Below, one piece after another: positions 9,396 through 18,652 of a stretch of 64,000 nt of DNA. Origin of the DNA: an uncultured Candidatus Saccharibacteria bacterium (GTDB lineage Bacteria > Patescibacteriota > Minisyncoccia > Phycocordibacterales > SBAW01); NCBI GenBank assembly GCA_964355655.1, contig CAYHDT010000001.1:21588-85587 (forward strand), given 5' to 3'. The translations under genes were made by a program, and so were the position numbers. Each line of letters opens with the position of its first letter. Within the stretch, counting starts at the first letter, position 1. The notes under the pieces are model-generated. The model was not told the DNA's origin and made no database searches. It saw only the letters and a list, made by a program, of their open reading frames with translations.

Positions 9396-11277
9396 CCGCT
9401 TCGGTAATAATAGTCCCCGAGGCGAGCGCGCTCTTGTAGGCGGCGGTCACCGCCGCGACATCCGCCGCCGAGGCCACGCTTAAAGCTTTTGTTTGCAGGT
9501 CTTGCAGGACTGCAATGCCCGTGTTGGCGCGCGTGATATTGGCGTTATACGCGTCTATCTTCGGGTCGTACTGGTGGAGCGCAAACACCGCGTTAAAGGC
9601 GTGCGTCTGCGCTATTTTTTGTTTGTCCTCGCTTAAGCTCGGGCTCGACGAAGCCGCTTCCCAGCAGTTGGCCAGCGACTGTAGCTGCGACTGTGCGCTT
9701 TGGATGTCCGCGATAGACCCCTGCTGTGTCGAGCCGTATTGCTGGGCTATTTGCACCTTGCCTTGCATGTCGGTCAAAAGAGCCTGCGCGTCGGCCTGCG
9801 CCTGCTGCTGCGCCGGGGTCAAAAAGTTGGACGCGTAGCCGCTCTGGCCGCTGAGTTCGGAAAGTCCGCCCTGCAAGGTCCTAGTCATAAGCTGGGTAAT
9901 AAGCGCGCTGATGATTTCGTCAAAGCTTTTGGCCAAGTTGAGCGAGTCTTGGCTCACGCCGAGCGTCTTGTTGAGCGACTCAGCAATGGTCGAGCCCGGG
10001 GTTGTCACAACGGTATTGCAGGTGCGATACTGGCCCCCTTCTATGGCGGTTGTCTTTTGGCCCGGTCTTGTACCGCCGGCCGGCGGCCCGCTGGTAACCG
10101 TGCAGTTGACCTCCTTGGTCGAAGAGATAAATCCTCTGCCCAGAATATAATCCTGCTGTCTCTGGCCTACCGCTTGGTTTTGCGCGTTTGTAAGCCCTAC
10201 CTGCGCGTAGGCAAATGCGCCGAAGGGGTTGTTGGTTGGTATGGAGGTAAATTGCAACAGGCCGCCCCACCCTCCTTGGGAGAAGTTGCCGTTCATAAAG
10301 CCGGTAACATTTTTTATGATGCTGGTAAGACTGCAGGACATCGCTCCTTGGCGCGCGTAGCTTTGCGCTATGGCGACGCGTATTTGCAACTGAAACGGCG
10401 AGCAGAGGAACGAGAGCGACGAGCCGCGGATAAACTCCCCCGCCGCTTGGTCGGCCACATTGGTAAAGAATTGCTGGTAGTTGCGCACGAACGACGGCTG
10501 GCCGTTAAAACCGGAGTTTATCCAGTTGACGACGCTCGCCGTTATTTGCTGTATGGCGGCGCGCGCAATGCCGCGCGCGATGCAGTTTAAAAAGTTGTCG
10601 CGCACCGTGTCGTTAGTTTTGAGCGTGTTGCCGTAGGCGGTTTGAGCGTTAAGCGCAATATCGTTGACCGGCACTGCCACGAGCGTGTTGCCAACGATCA
10701 GCGTTCCTCCTATGCCGCCGCCAAGAAGGGCGCTTCCAAATAAACTTGCCGTGCACGATACTGCGCCGGCAATACCGGCCCCCAAGAGCGCGGTGCCAAG
10801 CCCGAGCCCGCCGCCATTGTCGTCGCCGGGCCCTCCGCCGCCGGAGAATATATAAGGGGTGCCCGAAACATTGTTGTTGTTAAGGTCATTTATTGTTTTC
10901 GGGACAAAGTTTGTAGTCGGCCCTCCGCCTCCGCCGCCCGTCCCTCCGCCCCCTCCCCCGAGCCAGTCCACTCCGGGGATGTTTGCTATACCCCCGGCTC
11001 CGCCGGCTGCTCCACCCGCGCCGCCGGTACCACCCCCGCTGCTCTGTATCCCGGTTCCGACGTTAGTATTCGAGCCTGTCGGCAGGGTCCCGGAGGAGGA
11101 ATTGTTGGCGTTTGTACCGGTACCGGTCGAACTTCCCGGTTTTAGCTGCCCGGTGCCGAAGGTGCCGGTGGTTGCGGCGGGCTTTACCGTCGCGCGGAAG
11201 AAGAAAAACCAGACGAGCCCGACCACCAGCGCAAATAGTGCCGCGGCAATGATGATAATAAGAGTGCGCCTGTTCAT
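9292..11277 (-). CDS. Membrane-anchored protein with Gly/Thr/Asn-rich low-complexity regions (T4SS cluster).
   Basis: N-terminal TM IIIIAAALFALVVGLVWFFFF. Long GGGTGG/NNNN tracts, then a Cys-containing globular domain and a Q/A-rich C-terminus. ATGA overlap with the upstream gene. Confidence 0.6.
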   Translation of the reverse strand: MNRRTLIIIIAAALFALVVGLVWFFFFRATVKPAATTGTFGTGQLKPGSSTGTGTNANNSSSGTLPTGSNTNVGTGIQSSGGGTGGAGGAAGGAGGIANIPGVDWLGGGGGGTGGGGGGPTTNFVPKTINDLNNNNVSGTPYIFSGGGGPGDDNGGGLGLGTALLGAGIAGAVSCTASLFGSALLGGGIGGTLIVGNTLVAVPVNDIALNAQTAYGNTLKTNDTVRDNFLNCIARGIARAAIQQITASVVNWINSGFNGQPSFVRNYQQFFTNVADQAAGEFIRGSSLSFLCSPFQLQIRVAIAQSYARQGAMSCSLTSIIKNVTGFMNGNFSQGGWGGLLQFTSIPTNNPFGAFAYAQVGLTNAQNQAVGQRQQDYILGRGFISSTKEVNCTVTSGPPAGGTRPGQKTTAIEGGQYRTCNTVVTTPGSTIAESLNKTLGVSQDSLNLAKSFDEIISALITQLMTRTLQGGLSELSGQSGYASNFLTPAQQQAQADAQALLTDMQGKVQIAQQYGSTQQGSIADIQSAQSQLQSLANCWEAASSSPSLSEDKQKIAQTHAFNAVFALHQYDPKIDAYNANITRANTGIAVLQDLQTKALSVASAADVAAVTAAYKSALASGTIITEADVTNATQDRTTLQSALASRNQQTADELQQCNAFK

Positions 11278-12191
11278 TGTGGTGAGTATGAAGGAAGAAA
11301 AACGTCCCAGGCTGCTCCCGGCTCGTCTTTACTGAAAAGTATACCGCTCTTACGCAGTTGTTCGGCCAGCGTTGTCAACAAACGAGAGGCTTCGGTTCCG
11401 GAAGTTTGAAATAGCTGCAGGCCGGCAAGCCCCCGCATCGGGTCGTCTATAACAGTCTTCATTTCGCCCGCGGCAACCGACATTTTGGAAAGGTTATTAA
11501 GCAGCTGCAGATACAAAGGAGCAACGGTCGATGGAACCGGCATGCTTGCAAGGTCGTCGGCAAGCGCGGCATACGCCGCGCCTATGGCGGTAAGCGGGGC
11601 AAGCGCCGAAGCATCACCGTAATCGATCGCTTTTCCTATAGCCAGAAGAGCCTCGTCATTGTTGGCGCGCGGGTGGCCAAGAAAAGTTTTCATAACCCCG
11701 TTTCCCCACTCGTGCAGGCTGGTTGGTGTTTGGCTTATCATCGTGAGGTTGCTCGCCGTATATGCCGCCGACACGTTTTTCTCTACCTGCGCGGCGGCGT
11801 CGGCTATAAGCTTTTCTTGCGTCGGTAAATCACTCCCCAGTCCTTGCGCCCCCGCATCGCCGAGGTTAACAAACAGCGATCGGGCAATCGAGTTAGTGAC
11901 ATTGGAGCTTTGTGCCGCTGTAAGCATCGCCCGGACGGCCGTTTGGTCCGGCGCCGCGGGGAGCCCCGGCGCCTGCGCCTGTATTGCGTCTAGGGATGCC
12001 TGCCAATTTTCTGTTTGTGGAGCGCCGCTCGCGGTCAAAAGTACGGAGGTGGAGGCAGATTTGGGACTGGTCAGGTACTGCGCGCCGATAATAAGGCCCC
12101 CAGCAAGCGCTACCGATAAGACAATGCCTGAAAATCGCGAACTGGGGAGATAAGCACGAACGTCCATGCATCCAGTATATAATGGAAACAT
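11274..12191 (-). CDS. Hypothetical membrane-anchored protein (first gene of the minus-strand T4SS block).
   Basis: TM GIVLSVALAGGLIIGAQ near the N-terminus, then an Ala-rich soluble domain. An alternative start is possible at 12167. Confidence 0.5.
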   Translation of the reverse strand: MFPLYTGCMDVRAYLPSSRFSGIVLSVALAGGLIIGAQYLTSPKSASTSVLLTASGAPQTENWQASLDAIQAQAPGLPAAPDQTAVRAMLTAAQSSNVTNSIARSLFVNLGDAGAQGLGSDLPTQEKLIADAAAQVEKNVSAAYTASNLTMISQTPTSLHEWGNGVMKTFLGHPRANNDEALLAIGKAIDYGDASALAPLTAIGAAYAALADDLASMPVPSTVAPLYLQLLNNLSKMSVAAGEMKTVIDDPMRGLAGLQLFQTSGTEASRLLTTLAEQLRKSGILFSKDEPGAAWDVFLPSYSPQ

Positions 12192-12579
12192 GCTTCACTT
12201 CGCCCGTCTTTATACGATAGCTGCATTGCTGGTAGTTTTACTTATCCCGTCGCTCAGTTCGGCGAGCCTCGGCTCCAGTGTTACTCCCTGGCTCCCCGAC
12301 CCTTTTGGAGGTACTGTGATCTCTGTCCTCCCGTGTCTCACTGCCCCAGGCTTTTTTGCAGTCAACATGATAGAGCGCCTCTCCATACCGCCCTATTTTA
12401 CCTACAGCACTTACATACTGAGTCCACTTTCCCCGTTCCTCTCACATGTACCTCCACATCCAGGCCAGAACGTCATTGGTAAGTCTTTTGGTATGTACTC
12501 CTGTATTATCGACCTCAATCCGAAACATTACGTGGTCTGGTTTGAGCCGTTCTCAGTCTTTTATGGCAGCAGCCTCTAG
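12166..12579 (+). CDS. Possible small secreted protein, antisense to and flanking the T4SS block (speculative).
   Basis: ORF with a signal-peptide-like N-terminus (TIAALLVVLLIPSLSSASLG). No clear RBS. Lies in an AT-richer gap between minus-strand genes. Confidence 0.25.
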   Translation: MHPVYNGNMLHFARLYTIAALLVVLLIPSLSSASLGSSVTPWLPDPFGGTVISVLPCLTAPGFFAVNMIERLSIPPYFTYSTYILSPLSPFLSHVPPHPGQNVIGKSFGMYSCIIDLNPKHYVVWFEPFSVFYGSSL

Positions 12580-13346
12580 CCTTCGGCGAGTTTGAGCCAT
12601 TGCTCTAAAGGCACATCCTCCGCGCGCGCCTTGTCGTCTATTGCAGTCTTTTGCAAAACACTAGCATAGCCGGGGCCGAGGTTGTTCTTGAGAAATTTTC
12701 TTTTTTGAGCGAAACCTTTCTTCACCGTTTCAAAAAATCTTTTCTCGTGCGCGGCGTTGGTAAAGTTTTTCCGTGAAATATTTTCCACCGCGAGTATGGC
12801 GGAGTCGACTTTCGGCGGCGGGGAAAACGCGCCCGCCGGCACGGTCTTAATATATTTTGGCGTACCGTATGCCTTAATCGAAAGCGAGAGTATCGATTCT
12901 TTTTTTGAGCGCGCGATACGCTCCCCCACCTCTTTTTGGATTAAGAACACCAGCGTCGTAGGCTGATTGGTTCCGGATAGAAATTTTTTAAACAGCGCGC
13001 CCGTAATGTAGTACGGAATATTGCCGACTACTTTGTAGCCCCGACGCAAGGTCGGGACCCCGACCAAGGCGTCGGGGCTGCTGAGGTCAAACTCCAGCGC
13101 GTCGCCTTCTATCACTTCGAAATCTTTACCTGCAAACTTATCCCGCAAAAAAGAAATCAATCTTGAATCTTTTTCTATCGCGACGACCTTTGCGCCGCGC
13201 TCTAAAATGACGGAAGTCAGACTTCCGTCACCGGGGCCTATTTCCAATACCGTCTCCCCTTCCTTTATATGTGCGGCGTCGACAACCGCCGCAAGGTAAG
13301 CGTCCGAGTTCAAAAAATGCTGCCCGAGGGATTTTTTCTTAAACAT
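12576..13346 (-). CDS. rsmA: 16S rRNA (adenine1518/1519-N6)-dimethyltransferase.
   Basis: LGQHFL motif, SAM-binding VLEIGPGDGSLT, about 256 aa. Confidence 0.9.
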   Translation of the reverse strand: MFKKKSLGQHFLNSDAYLAAVVDAAHIKEGETVLEIGPGDGSLTSVILERGAKVVAIEKDSRLISFLRDKFAGKDFEVIEGDALEFDLSSPDALVGVPTLRRGYKVVGNIPYYITGALFKKFLSGTNQPTTLVFLIQKEVGERIARSKKESILSLSIKAYGTPKYIKTVPAGAFSPPPKVDSAILAVENISRKNFTNAAHEKRFFETVKKGFAQKRKFLKNNLGPGYASVLQKTAIDDKARAEDVPLEQWLKLAEG

Positions 13347-14214
13347 GAGTTAAGGTTTTAAGCGGAAACTGGCTGCTGTAGAGCTCTCCAAATTCCAATG
13401 GGATCACAGCGAGCAGAATATTTTTTTGAGCTAATAATGCGCGAGTTTTTTCAACATAGGCCAAAGGAACTTCAACATGAGTAAAACAATGCAGTGGAAT
13501 CCGCTTCGCCACGCGCACCTCAAATTGCCGCAAGAATGGGACAACCCCGTCTCCGGATACCGCATCTTTAGTGAGTCCTATTAAAACAGGGTGATTCCCC
13601 TCGATGTCAGAACGCAAATCATACGCCCGCCACCAAGGGATTACTTTGTAGGCGTCCATGTTACAGATGGCATTCGCCCAAATTCGCGCACGTTTAAGAA
13701 AGTTTCTATTAAGCACCGTCTGTTTTAGAAACTCACGCCCGCCTGGCCCCGGCTGTACGAGTAATGCTCGGGTAGCAAGAAAAAAGAAGAATCCCATCCA
13801 AAACCGAGTTCCTCCAAACACATAGTCGAGCCACACTCCTTTGTAAAGATGTATATGCGCGTAGAGGCGCGCGTGCATGCGCGATGGGGCAACCGACACG
13901 GTTTTTTTGAAATGGCTGTTGATTTGAACCCATAAGTCCTGATGACCGTTGAGGCCGCGGTTCGAAAGAATAGATTCGAGCACGTTGACGATATCGATGT
14001 GTTCCACAGCGCCATACCGGGTGTCATTAGGATGACGGTAATGGTAATGCCCGGTGCCGTGCCAATATACAGCCTGTTCGTAACATTTTTCTAGGAGCGG
14101 TAGATACTGGCTGTAGTCGCGCCAGCGCTCGTTTCGCACCCCCTCTGCCTGTTGGCGGTATTTGAGGAGGTGTTTTTCGCTATGATTTAAAAAAAGTCGA
14201 TACAACATCGTCAA
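13339..14214 (-). CDS. Hypothetical protein.
   Basis: 291 aa ORF, co-directional and overlapping with its neighbours (rsmA and the helicase). No motif recognised. Confidence 0.55.
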   Translation of the reverse strand: MTMLYRLFLNHSEKHLLKYRQQAEGVRNERWRDYSQYLPLLEKCYEQAVYWHGTGHYHYRHPNDTRYGAVEHIDIVNVLESILSNRGLNGHQDLWVQINSHFKKTVSVAPSRMHARLYAHIHLYKGVWLDYVFGGTRFWMGFFFFLATRALLVQPGPGGREFLKQTVLNRNFLKRARIWANAICNMDAYKVIPWWRAYDLRSDIEGNHPVLIGLTKDAVSGDGVVPFLRQFEVRVAKRIPLHCFTHVEVPLAYVEKTRALLAQKNILLAVIPLEFGELYSSQFPLKTLTHV

Positions 14215-16115
14215 TCCAAGTATATCGTCTTACCCAAGCGCTCGGGGCTTTCGGCCAGCAGGAGCTCTCTGGGCAGTTCGCTTAAAAACAGCGAGTTTTT
14301 CCGGATGTCGGTGTTGCCGAATACGGTGCGCATCATCGCGTAAGAGAGGAATACTTTCTTTTGCGCCCTCGTCAGCGCCACGTACATGAGCCGCCGCTCT
14401 TCTTCGAGACTGTCTTTGGTATCGTCTTCCCTTTCGTAGGGGAAGAGTCCTTCCTCCAGCCCGATAATAAACACGTAGGGGAACTCCAGTCCTTTGGCCG
14501 CGTGCACGGTCATAAGCCGCACTTGGTTTTTAGTTTCCTTCAGCTCGTCCTGGTCGGAGGCGAGTGCCGCCGACTCCAGAAATTTTTCCAGCCCTTCGGG
14601 CGGCGGGTACGCGTCGTACCGCGCCGCAAGCGACACCAGCTCCGCGAGGTTCTCCAGTCTTTCCGCGCCCTCGAGCTTATCTTCTTTGAGTGTTTTTTCT
14701 ATACCGCTCTCCGCTATTGTCTCGCGTATAAGCTTAGACGGCTGCACCGCCGCCGCGCCGGCGCCGATTTTTGCCAGCAGCCGGCGCATGCCCGCTACCC
14801 GCTCGCGCGTTTTGCCGGTAAGCGCGTGTTCTTGGCCGGACAGGATTTTTAGTTTAGTTACTTTGCCGATGCCCGGCAGGGTGTCTATGACGCGGCCGAT
14901 ATCGGCGGCATTTTCGCTCACGGCAGCACGGACAAATGACAGTACATCTTTGACTTCTTTGCGCTCAAAAAATCGCGTGCCCAGTACTTGGTACGGCACT
15001 CGCGCGTCAAGAAGCTTTTCCTCAACCGCGCGCGATTGGAAGTTGGCGCGGTACAGCACGGCAAAGTCTTGCGGTTTGCGTCCGGAGTCCAACAGCTCTT
15101 GGATTTTACGCGCGACAAACAGCGCCTCGTCGCCCCCGTCGCCGGCGATGTACAGTGACAGTGCTTCGCCGTCGGGGTTGCGCGTAAAAAGATTTTTATC
15201 CGGCCGGTTGGTATTGTTGCCTATCAGTTGGTTTGCCGCCGCGAGTATCGCTTTGGTTGAACGGTAGTTTTCTTCTAGCGTCACCACCGCGCCTCCGTAC
15301 TTTTTTTCAAACAAAAGCATGTTGGTAATCTGTGCTCCCCGCCATCCGTAGATAGTCTGGTCAATATCGCCGACCACGCAGATATTTTTTTCCGGCCCTA
15401 TGAGCAACTCCGTCAGGCGCGCTTGGATAACATTGGTATCCTGATACTCATCTACGTGTATGTAATTCCAGCGCTGATGGCAGCGTTCGCGGACTTCCGG
15501 ATACTTTTCCAACAGCTGTACGGCCCGCAGAAGCAGGTCGTCAAAGTCGAGCGCACCGTCCTGGTGCAGCGCGGACTCATACTTTAACCATGCTTGCGCT
15601 ATTTGTTTGTCGCGCCAAGAGACGGCCGCTTCCGCGTACATGCCGGCGGTTATTCCCTCGCCTTTGTTGCGCGAGGCAACTCCAAGCGCCGCTCTTGGCT
15701 CAATTTCATCGCCACTAGTGCTCTGCAGCGCCTGTTTCATTGTCCGCAAAGAATCCGCGCGGTCGTATATCGCCGGGGTGCGCTTAAATCCAAGCAACGT
15801 AGCATTCTCCTTTATAAGGGTCAGCCCAAGCGAATGAAAGGTCGAAATGAAAGGAGTATTTACAAGGCGAAACCTTGGAGAGTCCTGGTTTAAGGTTTCG
15901 CCTTGGATACGACTGCGCATCTCTCCGGCCGCTTTGTTGGTAAAAGTGATGGCGAGGATGCTCTCCGGCGCGGCGCCATGGCGGATAATATTGCGTATCC
16001 GTTCGGCAATGACCCTGGTTTTCCCCGCCCCGGCGCCCGCCAGTACCAACAAGGGGCCGGCTATTGACTCAACACAGGTTCGTTGTTGTGGGTTCAGTTG
16101 AGCAAGGCTGTCCAT
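14211..16115 (-). CDS. UvrD/PcrA/Rep-family ATP-dependent DNA helicase.
   Basis: Walker A GAGAGKT and superfamily-1 helicase motifs (e.g. TFHSLG). Confidence 0.9.
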   Translation of the reverse strand: MDSLAQLNPQQRTCVESIAGPLLVLAGAGAGKTRVIAERIRNIIRHGAAPESILAITFTNKAAGEMRSRIQGETLNQDSPRFRLVNTPFISTFHSLGLTLIKENATLLGFKRTPAIYDRADSLRTMKQALQSTSGDEIEPRAALGVASRNKGEGITAGMYAEAAVSWRDKQIAQAWLKYESALHQDGALDFDDLLLRAVQLLEKYPEVRERCHQRWNYIHVDEYQDTNVIQARLTELLIGPEKNICVVGDIDQTIYGWRGAQITNMLLFEKKYGGAVVTLEENYRSTKAILAAANQLIGNNTNRPDKNLFTRNPDGEALSLYIAGDGGDEALFVARKIQELLDSGRKPQDFAVLYRANFQSRAVEEKLLDARVPYQVLGTRFFERKEVKDVLSFVRAAVSENAADIGRVIDTLPGIGKVTKLKILSGQEHALTGKTRERVAGMRRLLAKIGAGAAAVQPSKLIRETIAESGIEKTLKEDKLEGAERLENLAELVSLAARYDAYPPPEGLEKFLESAALASDQDELKETKNQVRLMTVHAAKGLEFPYVFIIGLEEGLFPYEREDDTKDSLEEERRLMYVALTRAQKKVFLSYAMMRTVFGNTDIRKNSLFLSELPRELLLAESPERLGKTIYLD

Positions 16116-16291
16116 GGGACCACTATAACCTTTAAACCCTTATTTTCCAACGCTTTTTCATAGAATTTTCATGTTTTGTCCACAGGTGTGCTTTCAGGCG
16201 GTTGACGGCCGGAGAGTGACCTGCGTATAGTAAAAAAGTACAGGGATGGGAGCTAAAAAATGGCTCAATAGAGCCAATTTTTGGCGGAATC

Positions 16292-17410
16292 ATGCAGAAT
16301 ACAGCTTACTTTACCGCTTTGAAGTCTAAAAATTCAGTTCCTTCTCCGGCTAGGCCCTTCGCCACGGAGAAGCTCAAAAGGTCTCTTTGGTTCACGCTTG
16401 CATCATCAAGTGTTTCTTTGGCAATCTTCGCTCCTGCGCTCGTCTCGGCAAGCGTTTTTTCTATACCGGCGCTCCTAGCTACTTTTACAAAAGAGACCGC
16501 GGCCTATGGTACGCAACAAAATTCCCAAACAATAGCCCTACTCTCCCCTGCTACTAATTTAAATCCTAAACCTTCGGTCGGTGGAGGCGACATTACCTTA
16601 GTGGGCGGCAGCGCGCTCTTGTCTGAAGACGGACCGTCAGGCACCGCGGCCGATGTCGAGGTTGCCCCGCCCGAGGCGACCGCTATTTCCGTGTACACCG
16701 TGCACAAAAACGACACGCTTGCAGGCATAGCCAAAATGTTCAACGTAAGCATCAATACTATTAAAGGAGTCAATGACCTCAAAAACGGCACTATCCGCGA
16801 AGGCGATGTTCTTATTATTTTACCGATTACCGGTCTGCGGCATACTGTCGTCAAGGGAGACACGCTTGCTTCAATAGCCAAAAAATATAAAGCGGACGCC
16901 GTCGAAATCGCCCAGTACAATGATCTCGATAGCGATGCCGCGCTCGCGGCCGGCACTATTCTTGTGGTACCGGACGGCGAACTGGCGGTAAGCACCCCGG
17001 TACGCTCGACCGTATTCTCGAAGAATCCTCTCCGCGGCGCGGGCGGCCCGAGCCTCTCGGGCTACTATCAGTGGCCGGTCAACGGCGGCATCCTTACGCA
17101 GGGATTGCATGGCTATAACAGCATAGACATAGGGGCCTCTTCCGGCGTCGGCATATTGTCCGCCGCCGCCGGCACAGTCATTATCGCCAAGGGCGGCGGT
17201 GGCTGGAACGGCGGTTATGGAAACTACGTGGTTATCCAGCACGATAACGGCACGCAGACTTTGTACGCGCATGCGAGCAAAATATATGTAGTAAGCGGCC
17301 AGCGGGTGGCGCAGGGCGCTACTATCGGCACGATCGGCCGCACCGGCAAAGCAACCGGCAACCACCTCCATTTTGAAGTCCGCGGAGCGGTAAACCCGTT
17401 CGGGAAGTAA
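16292..17410 (+). CDS. Peptidoglycan DD-metalloendopeptidase with LysM domains plus an M23 peptidase domain.
   Basis: Two LysM-like repeats (YTVHKNDTLAGIAKMFNVSINTI, HTVVKGDTLASIAKKY). M23 signature HLHFEVR at the C-terminus. Confidence 0.85.
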   Translation: MQNTAYFTALKSKNSVPSPARPFATEKLKRSLWFTLASSSVSLAIFAPALVSASVFSIPALLATFTKETAAYGTQQNSQTIALLSPATNLNPKPSVGGGDITLVGGSALLSEDGPSGTAADVEVAPPEATAISVYTVHKNDTLAGIAKMFNVSINTIKGVNDLKNGTIREGDVLIILPITGLRHTVVKGDTLASIAKKYKADAVEIAQYNDLDSDAALAAGTILVVPDGELAVSTPVRSTVFSKNPLRGAGGPSLSGYYQWPVNGGILTQGLHGYNSIDIGASSGVGILSAAAGTVIIAKGGGGWNGGYGNYVVIQHDNGTQTLYAHASKIYVVSGQRVAQGATIGTIGRTGKATGNHLHFEVRGAVNPFGK

Positions 17411-17456
17411 AAATCTCCTCACCAAGGCTTCATGGCGGACCCGGTAGAGTGGTCCC

Positions 17457-17915
17457 ATGAATCGGTTTGGTCCTTTTGTCGCCGCCGTCGGGTCAGCTTT
17501 TTTTGCCTTTTCTCTCTTTGCTTTTCTCTTTTCATTTCCGCCGCAGAGCGCCGCCGCGCAGGAGAGCGTAGAATCCGCGAACACCGCGGCGGCGAGCAAG
17601 CACCTGCGCCCGCTGGAGATGCATATCGCCAACAACGGCCTTATATTGCTGCGCAGCGCCCGGGTTGTGGCGGTGGACGGAAAAACTATTACCGTCAGCA
17701 CCACGTGGGGCTCGGCGGAGTTTGTCTGGCTTATACGCACGAATGCTACCCGTTTTGAGTCCCGCGATTTCGGGACGCGCTTTATCGGCCGCGACAATCA
17801 AAAAAGCGCGCTTGGGGAGGTGCGCGTAGGAACCCTTGTCACCATCAACGGCACCCTTGATTCAACGGCAAAGGAGCCTACCATAGACGCTGACGCTTTC
17901 CGACTCTTGGAATAA
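17457..17915 (+). CDS. Secreted hypothetical protein.
   Basis: Signal peptide/TM FVAAVGSAFFAFSLFAFLF. 152 aa. Confidence 0.5.
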   Translation: MNRFGPFVAAVGSAFFAFSLFAFLFSFPPQSAAAQESVESANTAAASKHLRPLEMHIANNGLILLRSARVVAVDGKTITVSTTWGSAEFVWLIRTNATRFESRDFGTRFIGRDNQKSALGEVRVGTLVTINGTLDSTAKEPTIDADAFRLLE

Positions 17916-17977
17916 GGATTGCCGGAGGCGGAATTCATTAAACGTTCATGAAAGATTAAGTACAGTACTATATATCT

Positions 17978-18652
17978 ATGAGATTACTTATTGTCGAAGA
18001 TGAAGAGGGTCTCGCCAAAAATCTCAAAAAAATCCTTGAGTTGAAGGGTTTTGCGGTCGACTGGCTCTCCGACGGCGAAAAGGCGCATACCCGCATTCTC
18101 ATGTACCGCAATGAGTACGACGCCATTGTTCTCGATCTGGCGTTGCCGGGTATGGATGGAGCTACTCTGACCAAATTGCTCCGGACCGAGGGCATCACTA
18201 CCCCCATCATTATCCTTACCGGCCGGAGTGAGACGGAAAATAAAATAGCCTTGCTTAACGCCGGTGCGGACGATTATGTGGTTAAACCCTTTTCTTCCGC
18301 GGAGCTTATAGCCCGTATTATGTCCGTGGCGCGTCGGCCGGTCGCCGCGCAAAAGGTCGTGCATACCGTGGGCGATATTACTGTAGACACCGCTTCCCAT
18401 CGCGTGAGCATCAAAGACACCGATGTTCCGCTGACACTCAAAGAGTATGCTTTGCTTGAGTGCTTTATCCGCCGGCCGGGCGAGGTTTTTACCCGGGAGG
18501 AACTTTCCTCAAAAGTGTGGGACTTTAACGCCATGACGCTCAGCAACGTCCTCGATGTTCATATGAAGAACTTGCGCAAAAAACTCCAAGCAAGCGGAAA
18601 TAGCGCCCGTTTCGAAACGGTACGCGGCGTCGGATACCGCTTCGTGGCATGA
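17978..18652 (+). CDS. OmpR-family two-component response regulator.
   Basis: Receiver domain (LLIVEDEE...DAIVLDLALPGMDG) plus a winged-helix C-terminus (RGVGYRF). Confidence 0.9.
   Translation: MRLLIVEDEEGLAKNLKKILELKGFAVDWLSDGEKAHTRILMYRNEYDAIVLDLALPGMDGATLTKLLRTEGITTPIIILTGRSETENKIALLNAGADDYVVKPFSSAELIARIMSVARRPVAAQKVVHTVGDITVDTASHRVSIKDTDVPLTLKEYALLECFIRRPGEVFTREELSSKVWDFNAMTLSNVLDVHMKNLRKKLQASGNSARFETVRGVGYRFVA

Noticed and set aside
9700-10590. 296-aa plus-strand ORF
   Set aside because: Antisense to the Gly-rich membrane protein gene. Arg/Ala-rich artefact.
14494-15267. 257-aa plus-strand ORF
   Set aside because: Antisense inside the UvrD-like helicase gene. Ser/Ala/Arg-rich composition.
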